Below are positions 16,649 to 26,756 of a stretch of 64,000 bases of DNA, in pieces. The translations under genes were made by a program, and so were the position numbers. This DNA comes from an uncultured Verrucomicrobiae bacterium (GTDB lineage: Bacteria; Verrucomicrobiota; Verrucomicrobiia; Limisphaerales; JAHDYP01). The number at the start of each line of letters is the position of its first letter. Within the stretch, counting starts at the first letter, position 1. The notes under the pieces were generated by a model that saw only the letters and a list, made by a program, of their open reading frames with translations, searched no databases and was not told the DNA's origin. The DNA lies in NCBI GenBank assembly GCA_963765535.1, contig CAVXWU010000014.1:391963-455962 (forward strand). The letters are read 5' to 3'.

Positions 16649-19600
16649 TCAACTCGTCGAGACCGGCGCCATTCCGCGTTGCCGTGGCACAACGAGGCTG
16701 AAAGTCGATCCTTGTCCCGGCTGCGATTCGAGACGAAGCCCTAAGCCGAGTTCCTTCGCGATTTCGTAGACCATACTCAAACCCAGGCCGGTCCCTCGAC
16801 GGGTCGAGAAGGCTTTGGTGGTAAAGAAAGGCTCAAACACCCGCGATTGGATCTCCGCCGGAATACCGTGCCCTCGGTCCACCACGTCGATTCGGACATA
16901 AGCATCCGCGGGCGCCGGCGCCAACACCATGTCCGCCGGTGGCGAAAGAATAGTCCAAACGTTGAGCCGGATCACACCTTCACCGCCACTGGCCTCGAGG
17001 GCATTGAACACCAGATTCAAGAGTACTTGCCGGACCATGGCCGCCACGGTCAGGACCGGAACGGGCTGGGAGGGGACTTCACACTCGATGGTGGCTCGCG
17101 ATCCGGTCTGATCGCCAACCAGGCGCACCGTTTCCGTCACCAACTGGCTCAAGTCGCACGTCTGCATTGCGAGCGCGGTGCCGCGACTGAATCCGAGCAT
17201 GGCTTGCACAATGCCGCTCCCTTGTTCGACCATGGTCTTGATGCGACTCACCCGGGTCCGGATCCGCTCCTGGTCGTCGGGGTGATGTTCGATAATCTGG
17301 GCCGATCCTTTGATGATCGAGAGGATGCTGTTGAAATCATGGGCGATCCCCGCCGCGAGGGTTCCCAAGGCCCGCATCTTCTGGCTGTGGAGCAATTCCC
17401 GGTTCGCCTCCTGCAACTCCCGGGTGCGCTGCTCGACTATTCTCTCGACCTCGGTGTGACTCCGCCGCAGCCGAAGATGCCGATTGACCGCCAACCACGT
17501 CAGAAACCCCGCAACCAACAATCCTCCGCCTGCCACCACCACGATCCGCGGCTCCGCATACCAGGGCACAAAGGCCACAAACTCCCAGACCGCCGGTTCC
17601 AGTTCTTCATTTCGATTGCGATCCATCGCGCGCACTGCCAACCGATGCTCGCCGGCGGTCAGGTTGGTGAGAACCGCCACACTGGCTTCTTCGAATGGGG
17701 TCCACATGCCCTCGTTGAGTCGATGGCTGTAGACCAGCCGCTCCGCCGGGGTGTAGTTCCATTTATCGCGAGCGGCATAGTGCACGGTAAACTGCCGCGT
17801 CGTCGGCGTTTGTCGCGGGGTATCGACCGCAAAGTAGCTGGAGGGTTCGTCGAGATCCGCTTCCCGGTAATACCTCAGCAATCCCCCGGCGGTCGCGGCG
17901 TACACCGCGCCGTCCTGGTCTGGCAGGACATCTTTGACCGCGCCCGGGGGAAATCCTTCTTGCGATCCATATCCCAGCCAGGCCCGGTCGGCATAGGACC
18001 ATAACCCGGCTTCGCTTGCCACCCACACCGTCCCGTCACGAGCGCCCCGCAAAGAGTGGATCCGTCCGAACCCGGTCCTCAGCACCTGCCACGAACGCCC
18101 ATCGTACTCGACGATGGTCCCTTCCCCGCCAAACCAAATCCTCCCACCGGCCACGGCCAGGATGGCGTACATTGTTCCACCCGGCGCGCCGGGAACGGCC
18201 GCAAATTGACCCAGTCCGGGTTCCCAGACCGTGAGTCCATTGGTCCGCGCCATCCAAAGCCGGTTGCCGGCGGTACCATCCACAAAGACCACATCGTCCA
18301 ACGAGACCTCGCTCGATCGATCCTCTGGCCATCGGGTGAAGCGGCTACCGTCGAATACCTCCATCCGTCGATTCCCCTCCTGATCTGCCGTCTCGAGGAA
18401 AACGGCGCCCGGCCGATAGACTCCCAGCACGCCGATAATTGCCCTCCCCTCGGGATGTTCCACAGATTGAAACCGCTCGCTGTTGAGGTCGAAGATCAGC
18501 GGCCGCTTCTTGTCACTCGCGATCAATACCTGCTGACCTTCCAGCCACTGCACCAACCGCGATGCCTGCCCCGAAGGAGTGAAACCTGCCGGCCAACTCC
18601 ACGTTCGCCATTGCCCATCCCTCAGAAGATAAAGCGCGTCCGGCGACACCATCCACACCCCCACCCCGCGCTGTTCCACCATACCCAGGACGTCCAGGGA
18701 GGCATGACCCATTCCCGGCGGCCGGCGCCAGGTCTCGGGGGCATGCCGCACCAACCCCTCCGAAGTCGCCAGCCAATACACACCGCCCGGTTCGAACGCG
18801 GCATCTATAATTTGAGCCCGGGGCAATCCCGGGATCGCCACTGGACGCCATTGATCATCCGGACTCGATTCATAAAGCGTCCCCTTGGCTTGGGCCAAAA
18901 GCCGGCCACCGAGTCCGTTCCATGCCGCTCGTGTCCCTTCCGGCGCGGGTTTTGGGGGTTGCCAATCTTCGCCATCGAACACCAGGATCACGCGCTGTTC
19001 GTCCAGTGCCTGCTCCCCCACAACGACCAGGTTACCTGCGTCATCCTCCACGGGACGCGTCAACCCGGATAACCCCCATCCCTCGTTAACCAAGTGCTCG
19101 GGCCAGGGTGTCTCGGGCGCCAGCATTCGTATGGGCCCGGCCAGGCGGGTTACTCCCCGCAACCCGGTGATCCACACCCCGCCATCGCGAGACTCGGCGA
19201 TGTCCGTAAACTCGCCCAGATGCGTCGTCGCCGCCGAACGGAGTTGTTCCACTCGAGCCGAGGCGGGGTTCACCTTGATGAGAGCCTGGGAAAGGAGCAC
19301 GAGGACATGATCCCTTTCTGCCGGGAGCAATGGGATCGATCTTACCGCCCGCATGGTATTCGTCTGATGTTCGTCCCGGATGCCATCGACCGGATACACG
19401 ATCCATTCATCGCGTTTGAATTCCGCCAGCCCCACCTTGTTCAGCGACCAAACCTGACCCGACCTGCTCTCCCAAACCGGGAACCGGTTTTCCTCCATAC
19501 CCGGAATCACCCGCGCCTGGTATCCATCCAGCATTCCTACCGAGGCCGTCCCGGGATGTCGAATCCAGACGTGACCCCGCGGACTAACGGTTACCGACAG

Positions 19601-19744
19601 TACAAAATTCTCAACCAGCCCGTCCGGCTCACGGTATACACGCCAACGCGATGGCTCCTGACCCCGAACCGGCTGGCCGCAACTCCATGCCAATCCTATC
19701 AGCAATACAACCTGCCGCCATCCCATTGTGCCGGGAGAATTCAT
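16649..19744 (-). CDS. Sensor histidine kinase with large periplasmic beta-propeller-type sensor region
   Basis: 1031 aa: signal/TM, an about 700-aa repeat-rich extracytoplasmic region (two-component-regulator propeller / Y_Y_Y-like), a TM (IVVVAGGGLLVAGFLTWLAV), HisKA (LAAGIAHDFNSIL) and HATPase_c (DRGHGIP...GTGLGLS). Confidence 0.9.
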   Translation of the reverse strand: MNSPGTMGWRQVVLLIGLAWSCGQPVRGQEPSRWRVYREPDGLVENFVLSVTVSPRGHVWIRHPGTASVGMLDGYQARVIPGMEENRFPVWESRSGQVWSLNKVGLAEFKRDEWIVYPVDGIRDEHQTNTMRAVRSIPLLPAERDHVLVLLSQALIKVNPASARVEQLRSAATTHLGEFTDIAESRDGGVWITGLRGVTRLAGPIRMLAPETPWPEHLVNEGWGLSGLTRPVEDDAGNLVVVGEQALDEQRVILVFDGEDWQPPKPAPEGTRAAWNGLGGRLLAQAKGTLYESSPDDQWRPVAIPGLPRAQIIDAAFEPGGVYWLATSEGLVRHAPETWRRPPGMGHASLDVLGMVEQRGVGVWMVSPDALYLLRDGQWRTWSWPAGFTPSGQASRLVQWLEGQQVLIASDKKRPLIFDLNSERFQSVEHPEGRAIIGVLGVYRPGAVFLETADQEGNRRMEVFDGSRFTRWPEDRSSEVSLDDVVFVDGTAGNRLWMARTNGLTVWEPGLGQFAAVPGAPGGTMYAILAVAGGRIWFGGEGTIVEYDGRSWQVLRTGFGRIHSLRGARDGTVWVASEAGLWSYADRAWLGYGSQEGFPPGAVKDVLPDQDGAVYAATAGGLLRYYREADLDEPSSYFAVDTPRQTPTTRQFTVHYAARDKWNYTPAERLVYSHRLNEGMWTPFEEASVAVLTNLTAGEHRLAVRAMDRNRNEELEPAVWEFVAFVPWYAEPRIVVVAGGGLLVAGFLTWLAVNRHLRLRRSHTEVERIVEQRTRELQEANRELLHSQKMRALGTLAAGIAHDFNSILSIIKGSAQIIEHHPDDQERIRTRVSRIKTMVEQGSGIVQAMLGFSRGTALAMQTCDLSQLVTETVRLVGDQTGSRATIECEVPSQPVPVLTVAAMVRQVLLNLVFNALEASGGEGVIRLNVWTILSPPADMVLAPAPADAYVRIDVVDRGHGIPAEIQSRVFEPFFTTKAFSTRRGTGLGLSMVYEIAKELGLGLRLESQPGQGSTFSLVVPRQRGMAPVSTS

Positions 19745-19829
19745 CGCCCATCATCCGCGCCCCATCCCGTTCGGGACTGGCCCAGGTTGGAACCACCCCG
19801 GCCATGTCAAACCGCCGCGCCCGTTTCGT

Positions 19830-20966
19830 TCAGGGTGTTCGCACCCGATAGAACCGCCGGATAGCGTTGGTCCAGGTCACATCCACATACCCTTCCGGCG
19901 AGGGTCCCGCAGTCAGACTGGCGAGCGGGGTCCACCCCGACAGATCGGTCGAAATCTCCACCGTCAACGGTTGACCGGGATTGGCGCCGACAATGTTAAA
20001 TTGGAATCCCCCTTCTCCCACGGCGCTGTCGGTCAACGAAATGGGCTGGCCGGATATTGGCCCCGGGTTCAGGATCGTGCCCGCGTCTCCGACAATGACC
20101 GTAGTCTCCGCGCCCGCGGCAATTCCGTTTAACCAGCGCGACACTCCGGACGGGCTCTCCACCCAACGGACGCCGTCGGAAGAGGTGAGGACCAACCCGC
20201 CTTCTCCCGCAGCCACAAATCCAAATTCGTTGGTTCCCACCGCCCAGAGATACTGCGAGCGCCCGGTATATTGCAGCGCCCAGTCCAGGCCGTTGGTGGA
20301 GGTGACGACCGTCCCGAATTCTCCAACCGCGACGAACTGGCCGGCTCCAAAAGTCACATCGAACAGCCAGCGATTTGTGCCGGCATCCCGCGGCTCCCAA
20401 TCTATGGAATTGGTCGAACTCAAAATAACTCCGTCGGATCCCACCGCGACATACCGGTTCGTCGTCGCGGCCACGCCCGACAACCACTCGGCCGTGCCGG
20501 AGATGCGGTTGGTCCACGCCACCCCGTTCGTCGATGTTACGATCGTGCCGCCGTATCCCACCCCGACGAAGGAACCTCCGCCCCAGGCGACGTCATAAAG
20601 CCAATTCGTCGTGCCCGAGTCGCGTTTCGTCCACTCCGAGCCGTCCAATGACGTCATCACCAATCCTTCCGTTCCCACCGCGACAAATGTATTGTTCCCA
20701 AATCCCAGACCCAGGAACCATCGATTCGTTCCTGGATCCTCCGGCCGCCAACTGATCCCGTCCGTCGAAACGAGTACCGTCTCCTGCTCGCCCACGGCGA
20801 CAAATCGGTCCCGGCCGAACACGACATCATTCAAGGAGTGCTCGGTTCCCGAAGGACGTTCAATCCAGCGCGACTCGGCGGCCTGCAGTTCCTGGCAGGG
20901 CAACGGCAACGCGAAACCGCCCAACCCCGCGGCCAGGCCCAAGTGCAACAAAACACGAAGCTTCAT
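19830..20966 (-). CDS. Secreted beta-propeller repeat protein (Ycf48/BNR-like blades) with C-terminal beta-sandwich ending RFYRV
   Basis: 378 aa with a signal peptide, then about 7 repeats of W..R.SGT...L..V.FG...FVAVG..G.I.TS.DG..W, and a C-terminal tail ...AIRRFYRVRTP. Confidence 0.75.
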   Translation of the reverse strand: MKLRVLLHLGLAAGLGGFALPLPCQELQAAESRWIERPSGTEHSLNDVVFGRDRFVAVGEQETVLVSTDGISWRPEDPGTNRWFLGLGFGNNTFVAVGTEGLVMTSLDGSEWTKRDSGTTNWLYDVAWGGGSFVGVGYGGTIVTSTNGVAWTNRISGTAEWLSGVAATTNRYVAVGSDGVILSSTNSIDWEPRDAGTNRWLFDVTFGAGQFVAVGEFGTVVTSTNGLDWALQYTGRSQYLWAVGTNEFGFVAAGEGGLVLTSSDGVRWVESPSGVSRWLNGIAAGAETTVIVGDAGTILNPGPISGQPISLTDSAVGEGGFQFNIVGANPGQPLTVEISTDLSGWTPLASLTAGPSPEGYVDVTWTNAIRRFYRVRTP

Positions 20967-21129
20967 AAGCTGATGATGCCCGCAACCTAGCAGCGCCGGG
21001 GACGAATTTCCAAGATCTTTCCCGACCGCAGCCCGACCACACCAATCCGCGAAACAAGTGCTGGCCTTTTCAATGGTTTCTGTTTAGAAGCATGGGCTCC
21101 GCGCTACATGCAAGCTTACCGAATCATCG

Positions 21130-23220
21130 ATGAAAACGTTTCTCTCTAAGGATCTCCGTAACTTCGCAATCGTCGGCCACGCCTCGGCCGGCAAAACGAT
21201 GCTCAGCGAGTGCATGCTCGCCTGCGGTGGAACCACTAATCGCCTCGGCAGCATCGCCGCCGGCACTACCGTTTCCGATTATCACGCCGACGAAAAGGAT
21301 CGCAAAATTTCCATCCATGCCTCGCTGCTCCATACCGAATGGCTGGACAAAAAATTTAACATCGTCGACACCCCCGGCTATCTCGATTTCATCAGCGAAG
21401 GCCTCGGCGCCCTACGCGTGGCGGACTTTGCCCTCGTGGTCATTAATGCCACCCACGGCGTCGGCGTTGGCACGGATCAGGTCTGGAAATACGCCACCCA
21501 ATACGGCATCCCCAAAGTCATCGTCGTCAATGGCCTCGACAAGGAAAATGTCGATTTCGATACGACTCTCCAGCAAATCCGCGCCCGGTATGGAGACCGC
21601 GCCTTTCCTCTCGCGCTGCCCATCAACGCCGGCCCCGGCTTCAATCAGGTCCTCGATGTCATGCGCAGCGAGTTCATCACCTACCAAACCGATGGCTCCG
21701 GAAAATTCGAGGAAAAACCCGCGGCCGACGAACACAAAGCCCGGGTTAATCAACTCCATTCCCTGCTCATCGAATATATCGCCGAGTCCGATGATTCCCT
21801 GCTCGAAAAATTCTTCGCCCAGGGCGGCCTCTCCGAAGACGAAATGCGCGCCGGCGTCCACGCCGCGGTTCAGAAGCAGTCCTTTGTCCCCGTGTTCTGC
21901 ACTTCGGCCGAGACCAATGTCGGCGTCGCCCGGCTGATGGATTTCATCGCCAAATACGGCTCATCACCCGTCGACCGCGCGAAAATCGAGGCGCTCGATG
22001 CCAACGACATTCCCGTGAGCGTTGCCCTGGATCAGCCGGATCCCGTCCTCTATGTGTTCAAGACCATGAGTGAGGCCCAGTTTGGTGAACTCTCCTTCTT
22101 CCGCCTCTATTCTGGCTCGGTTCGTGTGGGCCAGGACCTCTATAATAGCGACCGAAAAATCACTGAACGTTTCGGCCAGATCTACGCACTCAATGGGAAG
22201 AATCGCATCGCCGCGGAGGTTCTTAATGCCGGGGACATCGGTGCCACGGTCAAACTGAAGGACACCCACACCGGGAACACCCTCTGCAACCCCAAGAACC
22301 AGGTCACTCTCACCAAAGTCGTTTACCCCAAACCGAACATCCACGCCGCCCTCCGCCTCAAGTCCAAGGGCGAAGAAGACAAAATCGCCACCGGCCTCGC
22401 CGCCCTTCACGAGGAGGACCAGACCTTCCTTTATAAGGTCGATTCCGAACTCCACCAGACCGTCATCTCCGGCCAGGGCGAACTCCACCTCCAGGTCATC
22501 GCCGCCCGGCTCCGTTCCCGTTTCCGGGTCGACTTCGACCTCATCGAACCCAAAGTCCCCTACCGCGAAACGATCAAAGCCCGCGGCGAAGCCAAATACC
22601 GCCATAAGAAACAGACGGGCGGCGCCGGACAGTTCGCCGAGGTCTGGATGCGAATCGAACCGAAGGAACGCGACAGCGGTATCGAATTCACCGAGTCCCT
22701 TACCGGCCAAAATGTCGATCGCGTCTTTGTGCCGTCCGTGGAAAAAGGCGTGGCCGCCGCTGCTCGCGAAGGCATCCTCGCCGGTTACCGCATCGTCGAT
22801 CTCAAAGTCGACTTCTACGATGGCAAAATGCACCCGGTCGACTCCAAGGATATCGCCTTCCAAATCGCCGGCAAAGAGGCTTTCAAGGAATCTTTCCTCG
22901 CTGCGCGGCCCTGTATGCTCGAGCCGATCTGCGTCGTCGAAATCCGCATCCCGGACGAGGCCATGGGCAATGTAATCGGAGATCTCTCGAGCCGTCGCGG
23001 CAAGATCCTCGGGATGGACACCGCGGAGGGCACCCAAATTGTCCGGGCGAACGTCCCGCAAAAGGAGCTTTACCAATACTCCACCGTCCTGCGCTCGCTT
23101 ACCGGCGGTCGCGGCCTCCATACGGAGGAATTCAGCCACTACGAGGAAATGCCCAAGGACCTCGAATCCAAGGTCATTGCCGAATCCAAAAAGGCCAAAG
23201 AGGAACCCGCCCCGGCCTGA
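21130..23220 (+). CDS. Elongation factor G family GTPase (stand-alone paralog, not in an rpsL-rpsG-fusA-tuf context)
   Basis: 696 aa with AIVGHASAGKTML (G1), DTPGYLDF (G3), NGLDKE (G4-like), and the full EF-G domain order through domain V. Confidence 0.95.
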   Translation: MKTFLSKDLRNFAIVGHASAGKTMLSECMLACGGTTNRLGSIAAGTTVSDYHADEKDRKISIHASLLHTEWLDKKFNIVDTPGYLDFISEGLGALRVADFALVVINATHGVGVGTDQVWKYATQYGIPKVIVVNGLDKENVDFDTTLQQIRARYGDRAFPLALPINAGPGFNQVLDVMRSEFITYQTDGSGKFEEKPAADEHKARVNQLHSLLIEYIAESDDSLLEKFFAQGGLSEDEMRAGVHAAVQKQSFVPVFCTSAETNVGVARLMDFIAKYGSSPVDRAKIEALDANDIPVSVALDQPDPVLYVFKTMSEAQFGELSFFRLYSGSVRVGQDLYNSDRKITERFGQIYALNGKNRIAAEVLNAGDIGATVKLKDTHTGNTLCNPKNQVTLTKVVYPKPNIHAALRLKSKGEEDKIATGLAALHEEDQTFLYKVDSELHQTVISGQGELHLQVIAARLRSRFRVDFDLIEPKVPYRETIKARGEAKYRHKKQTGGAGQFAEVWMRIEPKERDSGIEFTESLTGQNVDRVFVPSVEKGVAAAAREGILAGYRIVDLKVDFYDGKMHPVDSKDIAFQIAGKEAFKESFLAARPCMLEPICVVEIRIPDEAMGNVIGDLSSRRGKILGMDTAEGTQIVRANVPQKELYQYSTVLRSLTGGRGLHTEEFSHYEEMPKDLESKVIAESKKAKEEPAPA

Positions 23221-23309
23221 CGACCCCGAGCCTTCGTCGCGGGATGTCCATCATGAGCTCACATGTTTCGCGAACCGACCCTCGAACGGCATGAAAAATC
23301 CGGGCTCTA

Positions 23310-23443
23310 GAAAACCGCGCCCAGCAAAGAAATCCCAGCGTATCCTTCTGCCGTCGGGATCAAAACAATGCCGACTTTCCATAGACAGGGTTGTGACCGT
23401 CTGTTGGTGATCGGGAATTTCTTTCAAAGGGGGCGCGGTTTTC
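23310..23443. repeat. Long-range inverted repeat in the convergent intergenic region (fusA-like / lipoprotein gene)
   Basis: GAAAACCGCGCCC (23310-23322) is the perfect reverse complement of GGGCGCGGTTTTC (23431-23443). The arms extend imperfectly (AAAGAAATCCC / GGGAATTTCTTTC) to about 27 nt, with an about 80-nt interior containing smaller hairpins. Confidence 0.6.
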
Positions 23444-23516
23444 AACTAACCCGCACAATCTTGAGCCATTCGCTTGAAGCGGAGCCAATGATGCATCTTC
23501 GAATGAAATGTGCGGG

Positions 23517-23891
23517 CTAGCGCCACACCTTCTCCCATGCGGCCAAAACACCCTCCGTATTGAATGTCAGCCGCAGGTACTGCCCCGATCGACCCGAGGT
23601 TACACTCTGTCCAACCCCCACCCCGCTACCACTACCGTAATATCCCGTCCCCACACCGAACGACATCGATGAACCCGCTCGGACAAACCATTCGGCCACT
23701 TTCGTTCCGTCGCTCAACTCCGAGGAACGTTCGGGCGGCCCCATATCGAGAACCGCCTGATCAAAGGTGTACCTTCCCATCCGGCTGTTCCAATCCACCT
23801 TCGGCGTCGATGCACAGGACACCGCCATGCATACGAGCGCCAGCACACCGGTAGCACGAACCGCCGTCCACCAGGACCTTTCGTTCCACAT
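23517..23891 (-). CDS. Small lipoprotein (hypothetical)
   Basis: 124 aa with a lipobox-like LVCMAVSC followed by AST, and a Gly/Ser-rich middle. Confidence 0.6.
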   Translation of the reverse strand: MWNERSWWTAVRATGVLALVCMAVSCASTPKVDWNSRMGRYTFDQAVLDMGPPERSSELSDGTKVAEWFVRAGSSMSFGVGTGYYGSGSGVGVGQSVTSGRSGQYLRLTFNTEGVLAAWEKVWR

Positions 23892-24018
23892 GACCCAAGG
23901 TTAACTGAGCCCGCGCCAAAAAGCGAACGCCGGATTGACCGGGCGTCATCGAAAGTGAAGCCGCCCCCGACCTGGCCGCTTTCCTCCCACGCGCAATCCT
24001 GTTAGGCTGCTCAGGCAT

Positions 24019-25596
24019 ATGGCTGAGATCGTCCTGGCAACCCTCAACGCAAAATACATCCATGCCAGCCTCGCCCTGCGCTATCTCCTCGCCAATCTCG
24101 ACGATCTCCAACCTCAAACCGCCCTTCTCGAGTTCGAAATCTCTCAACGTCCCCTCGACATCGTCGAATCGATCCTCCAACACAATCCGCGGGTGGTTGG
24201 CTTTGGCGTTTACATCTGGAACACCGCCCCCACCGCGCAGGTCGTGCTCGCACTGAAACGGCTTCGGCCCGAACTGACGGTCATTCTCGGTGGTCCGGAG
24301 GTCAGTTACGAAACGGACCAACAACCCATCGTTAACCACGCCGATTATGTCATCACCGGTGAGGCCGATCTCGCTTTCGCTGCACTCTGCCGCGCGATTC
24401 TCGCGGGCTCAGCGCCCGCCGCGAAGATCGTCCACGCCCCTTTGCCCGATCTTGCCGACATCCGGCTGCCCTACTCGTTTTACACCGACGATGACGTGGC
24501 CCATCGCATTCTCTATGTGGAAGCCTCGCGCGGTTGCCCCTTTTCCTGTGAGTTTTGCCTCTCCTCCCTCGATATCCCGGTGCGCCAATTTCATCTCCCG
24601 GATCTGCTCGATTCTTTCGAGCGCCTCCTCGCCCGCGGTACCACGCATTTCAAGTTCGTCGATCGCACTTTCAATCTCAATCTTGCGACCGCCACCCGGC
24701 TGCTCGACTTCTTCCATACCAACTACCGGCCCGGCCTGTTCCTCCATTTCGAAATGATCCCCGATCGGCTGCCGGAACCTGTCCGGCAAAGGATTACCCG
24801 GTTCCCGCCAGGCGCCCTCCAGTTCGAAATCGGCATTCAATCCCTGAATCCCGAAGTGAGTGAGCGAATCTCACGCCGGCAAGACTTCACGCGGATCGAG
24901 GAGAACTTCCGGTTCCTCCGCGAGGAAACGGGCGTTCACATTCACGCCGACCTAATTGCGGGGCTTCCGGGCGAAACCCTCGATAGTTTCGCCGCCGGCT
25001 TTGATTGGCTCCTCGCCCTTCGCCCGCATGAGATTCAAGTCGGAATTCTCAAACGCCTTCGCGGTACTCCCATCATCCGCCACGACGATGCCTTCGAGAT
25101 GATTTATTCGAGCGATCCACCCTACGAGATTCTTCAAAACAAGCATCTGGACTTCCCCACCATGCAGCGTCTCCGTCGGTTCGCGCGTTACTGGGATTTG
25201 ATCTACAATAGCGGCCGCTTCCGGGAAACGGCCGCCCTGATCTGGAACGGCCATTTCTCCGCCTTCAATGCGTTCATGGACTGGAGCGAATGGCTGTATC
25301 GGCAGGCCGGCACTCGACATGGCATTGCGCTCAATCGTCTGGCCAACTTCCTGTTCCAGTATCTCACCCAGGAACTGGGCCTCGCTCCCGTCCACGTCAA
25401 AAGCGTGCTTCGCTCGGATTTTGCCCGCAACGGTCGCACCGATACTCCACCCTTCTTGAAATCTCCCGATGCCCCGATCGTAACCTCATCGACTCTGAAT
25501 CAACCCACGCCAGCCGTGGACCATCCCGCACCGATCCTGACCTTGCCCCTGCCTCGCCACTCCCGGCGCCAACAACGTCACCGGCCGTTGCCCTGA
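24019..25596 (+). CDS. B12-binding-domain radical SAM protein (DUF4080-type)
   Basis: 525 aa with an N-terminal cobalamin-binding-like domain (VGFGVYIWN...ILGGPEVS), a radical SAM cluster motif (SRGCPFSCEFC), and a long C-terminal domain. Confidence 0.85.
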   Translation: MAEIVLATLNAKYIHASLALRYLLANLDDLQPQTALLEFEISQRPLDIVESILQHNPRVVGFGVYIWNTAPTAQVVLALKRLRPELTVILGGPEVSYETDQQPIVNHADYVITGEADLAFAALCRAILAGSAPAAKIVHAPLPDLADIRLPYSFYTDDDVAHRILYVEASRGCPFSCEFCLSSLDIPVRQFHLPDLLDSFERLLARGTTHFKFVDRTFNLNLATATRLLDFFHTNYRPGLFLHFEMIPDRLPEPVRQRITRFPPGALQFEIGIQSLNPEVSERISRRQDFTRIEENFRFLREETGVHIHADLIAGLPGETLDSFAAGFDWLLALRPHEIQVGILKRLRGTPIIRHDDAFEMIYSSDPPYEILQNKHLDFPTMQRLRRFARYWDLIYNSGRFRETAALIWNGHFSAFNAFMDWSEWLYRQAGTRHGIALNRLANFLFQYLTQELGLAPVHVKSVLRSDFARNGRTDTPPFLKSPDAPIVTSSTLNQPTPAVDHPAPILTLPLPRHSRRQQRHRPLP

Positions 25597-25778
25597 TTTC
25601 ATTGATCGCCTCGCGCGCGCCTTTTCGATCCCAGGCTTCCATGCCCACGCTTGCCTTTTTCCATCGCGTGAGGGATATCTGCAGGCAAGTTGTGCCTTCG
25701 CCGGCGTGGAAAACAGCTCAGTGGTCCCGGACATCGAAGGATGGTGGCTTCACCGCGATCAGGTTCGATCGCGGTTTG

Positions 25779-26756
25779 ATGGGTACCCATGCACCAACTA
25801 CCGTCGTGAACGAATCATCACATCCGATCCTTGCCGTCAGGTGTCGCGGTCTGACCAAATGCTATGGCGACGTCGTGGCGCTGGCCGGTTTGGATCTCGA
25901 AGTGCGCCGCGGCGAATGCTTCGGAATGCTGGGCCCCAATGGCGCCGGCAAAACAACCTCCGTGGAGATCTTCGAAGGCCTCCGCACCCCCGATGCCGGA
26001 GAGCTCGAAGTCCTGGGCGATCGATGGCGCGGGGATGGCCTGCGCCTGCGCGCCCAGCTCGGCATTCAATTGCAGGAAACCAAGTTCCCGGACAAACTCC
26101 GCGTCCGCGAAGTCCTAACCCTCTTCCGCAGCTTTTATCCACAAGGTTTCCAAATCTCCGACGTGCTTCGCCAGGTCGGCCTGCAGGAGAAAGCCTCCGC
26201 GCAGGTTCGCACCCTGTCCGGCGGACAAAAACAGCGCCTCTCGCTCGGTTGCGCCCTCGTAGGCGACCCCGAGTTGCTCTTCCTGGACGAACCGACGACC
26301 GGCCTCGATCCCCAATCCCGCCGCCAAACGTGGGACATCGTCGGCCGGTTGAAAGAACGCGGACGAACGGTCCTCCTCACGACCCATTACATGGAAGAGG
26401 CCGCCCGGCTCTGCGATCGAGTCGCCGTCGTCGATCAAGGCAAGGTGATCGCCCTCGGAACACCCCGTGACTTGGTCGCCTCGCTCGGCGCTGAACATGT
26501 GGTCGAATTTACCGTCGACGAGCAGGGGGCTGACCCGCTCTCCGCGGACACCCTTCGGACCCTCCCCAGCGTCGAGGGCGTCAGCCAGGACCGTGATCTT
26601 TGGCGGCTGACCGTCCGCGAGGTCCATCGGGCCGTCCCCGCCCTCTTGACGACTCTGACGGAACATGGCGCGGAGCCGACTCATCTCACCACTCATCACG
26701 CGACGCTCGAAGACGTTTTCGTGGCGCTTACCGGACGGAGACTGCGCGATGGCTGA
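25779..26756 (+). CDS. ABC transporter ATP-binding protein (ABC-2/drug-exporter type)
   Basis: Walker A (GPNGAGKTT), signature (LSGGQKQRL), Walker B (LLFLDEPTTGLD). Start set at the ATG at 25779; the track ORF from 25290 overlaps the radical SAM gene with a Pro/Arg-rich out-of-frame extension. Confidence 0.9.
   Translation: MGTHAPTTVVNESSHPILAVRCRGLTKCYGDVVALAGLDLEVRRGECFGMLGPNGAGKTTSVEIFEGLRTPDAGELEVLGDRWRGDGLRLRAQLGIQLQETKFPDKLRVREVLTLFRSFYPQGFQISDVLRQVGLQEKASAQVRTLSGGQKQRLSLGCALVGDPELLFLDEPTTGLDPQSRRQTWDIVGRLKERGRTVLLTTHYMEEAARLCDRVAVVDQGKVIALGTPRDLVASLGAEHVVEFTVDEQGADPLSADTLRTLPSVEGVSQDRDLWRLTVREVHRAVPALLTTLTEHGAEPTHLTTHHATLEDVFVALTGRRLRDG

Noticed and set aside
16445-16744. 99-aa ORF in the kinase/regulator spacer
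   Set aside because: Its sequence is simply the translation of the GCAGRATGATT and CTACCCCACTCC repeat units, and it runs into the kinase 3' end on the opposite strand.
25290-25778. N-terminal extension of the ABC ATPase ORF overlapping the radical SAM gene
   Set aside because: Out-of-frame overlap with a well-supported gene and Pro/Ser/Arg-rich nonsense. The ATG at 25779 precedes the usual about 25 aa before Walker A.
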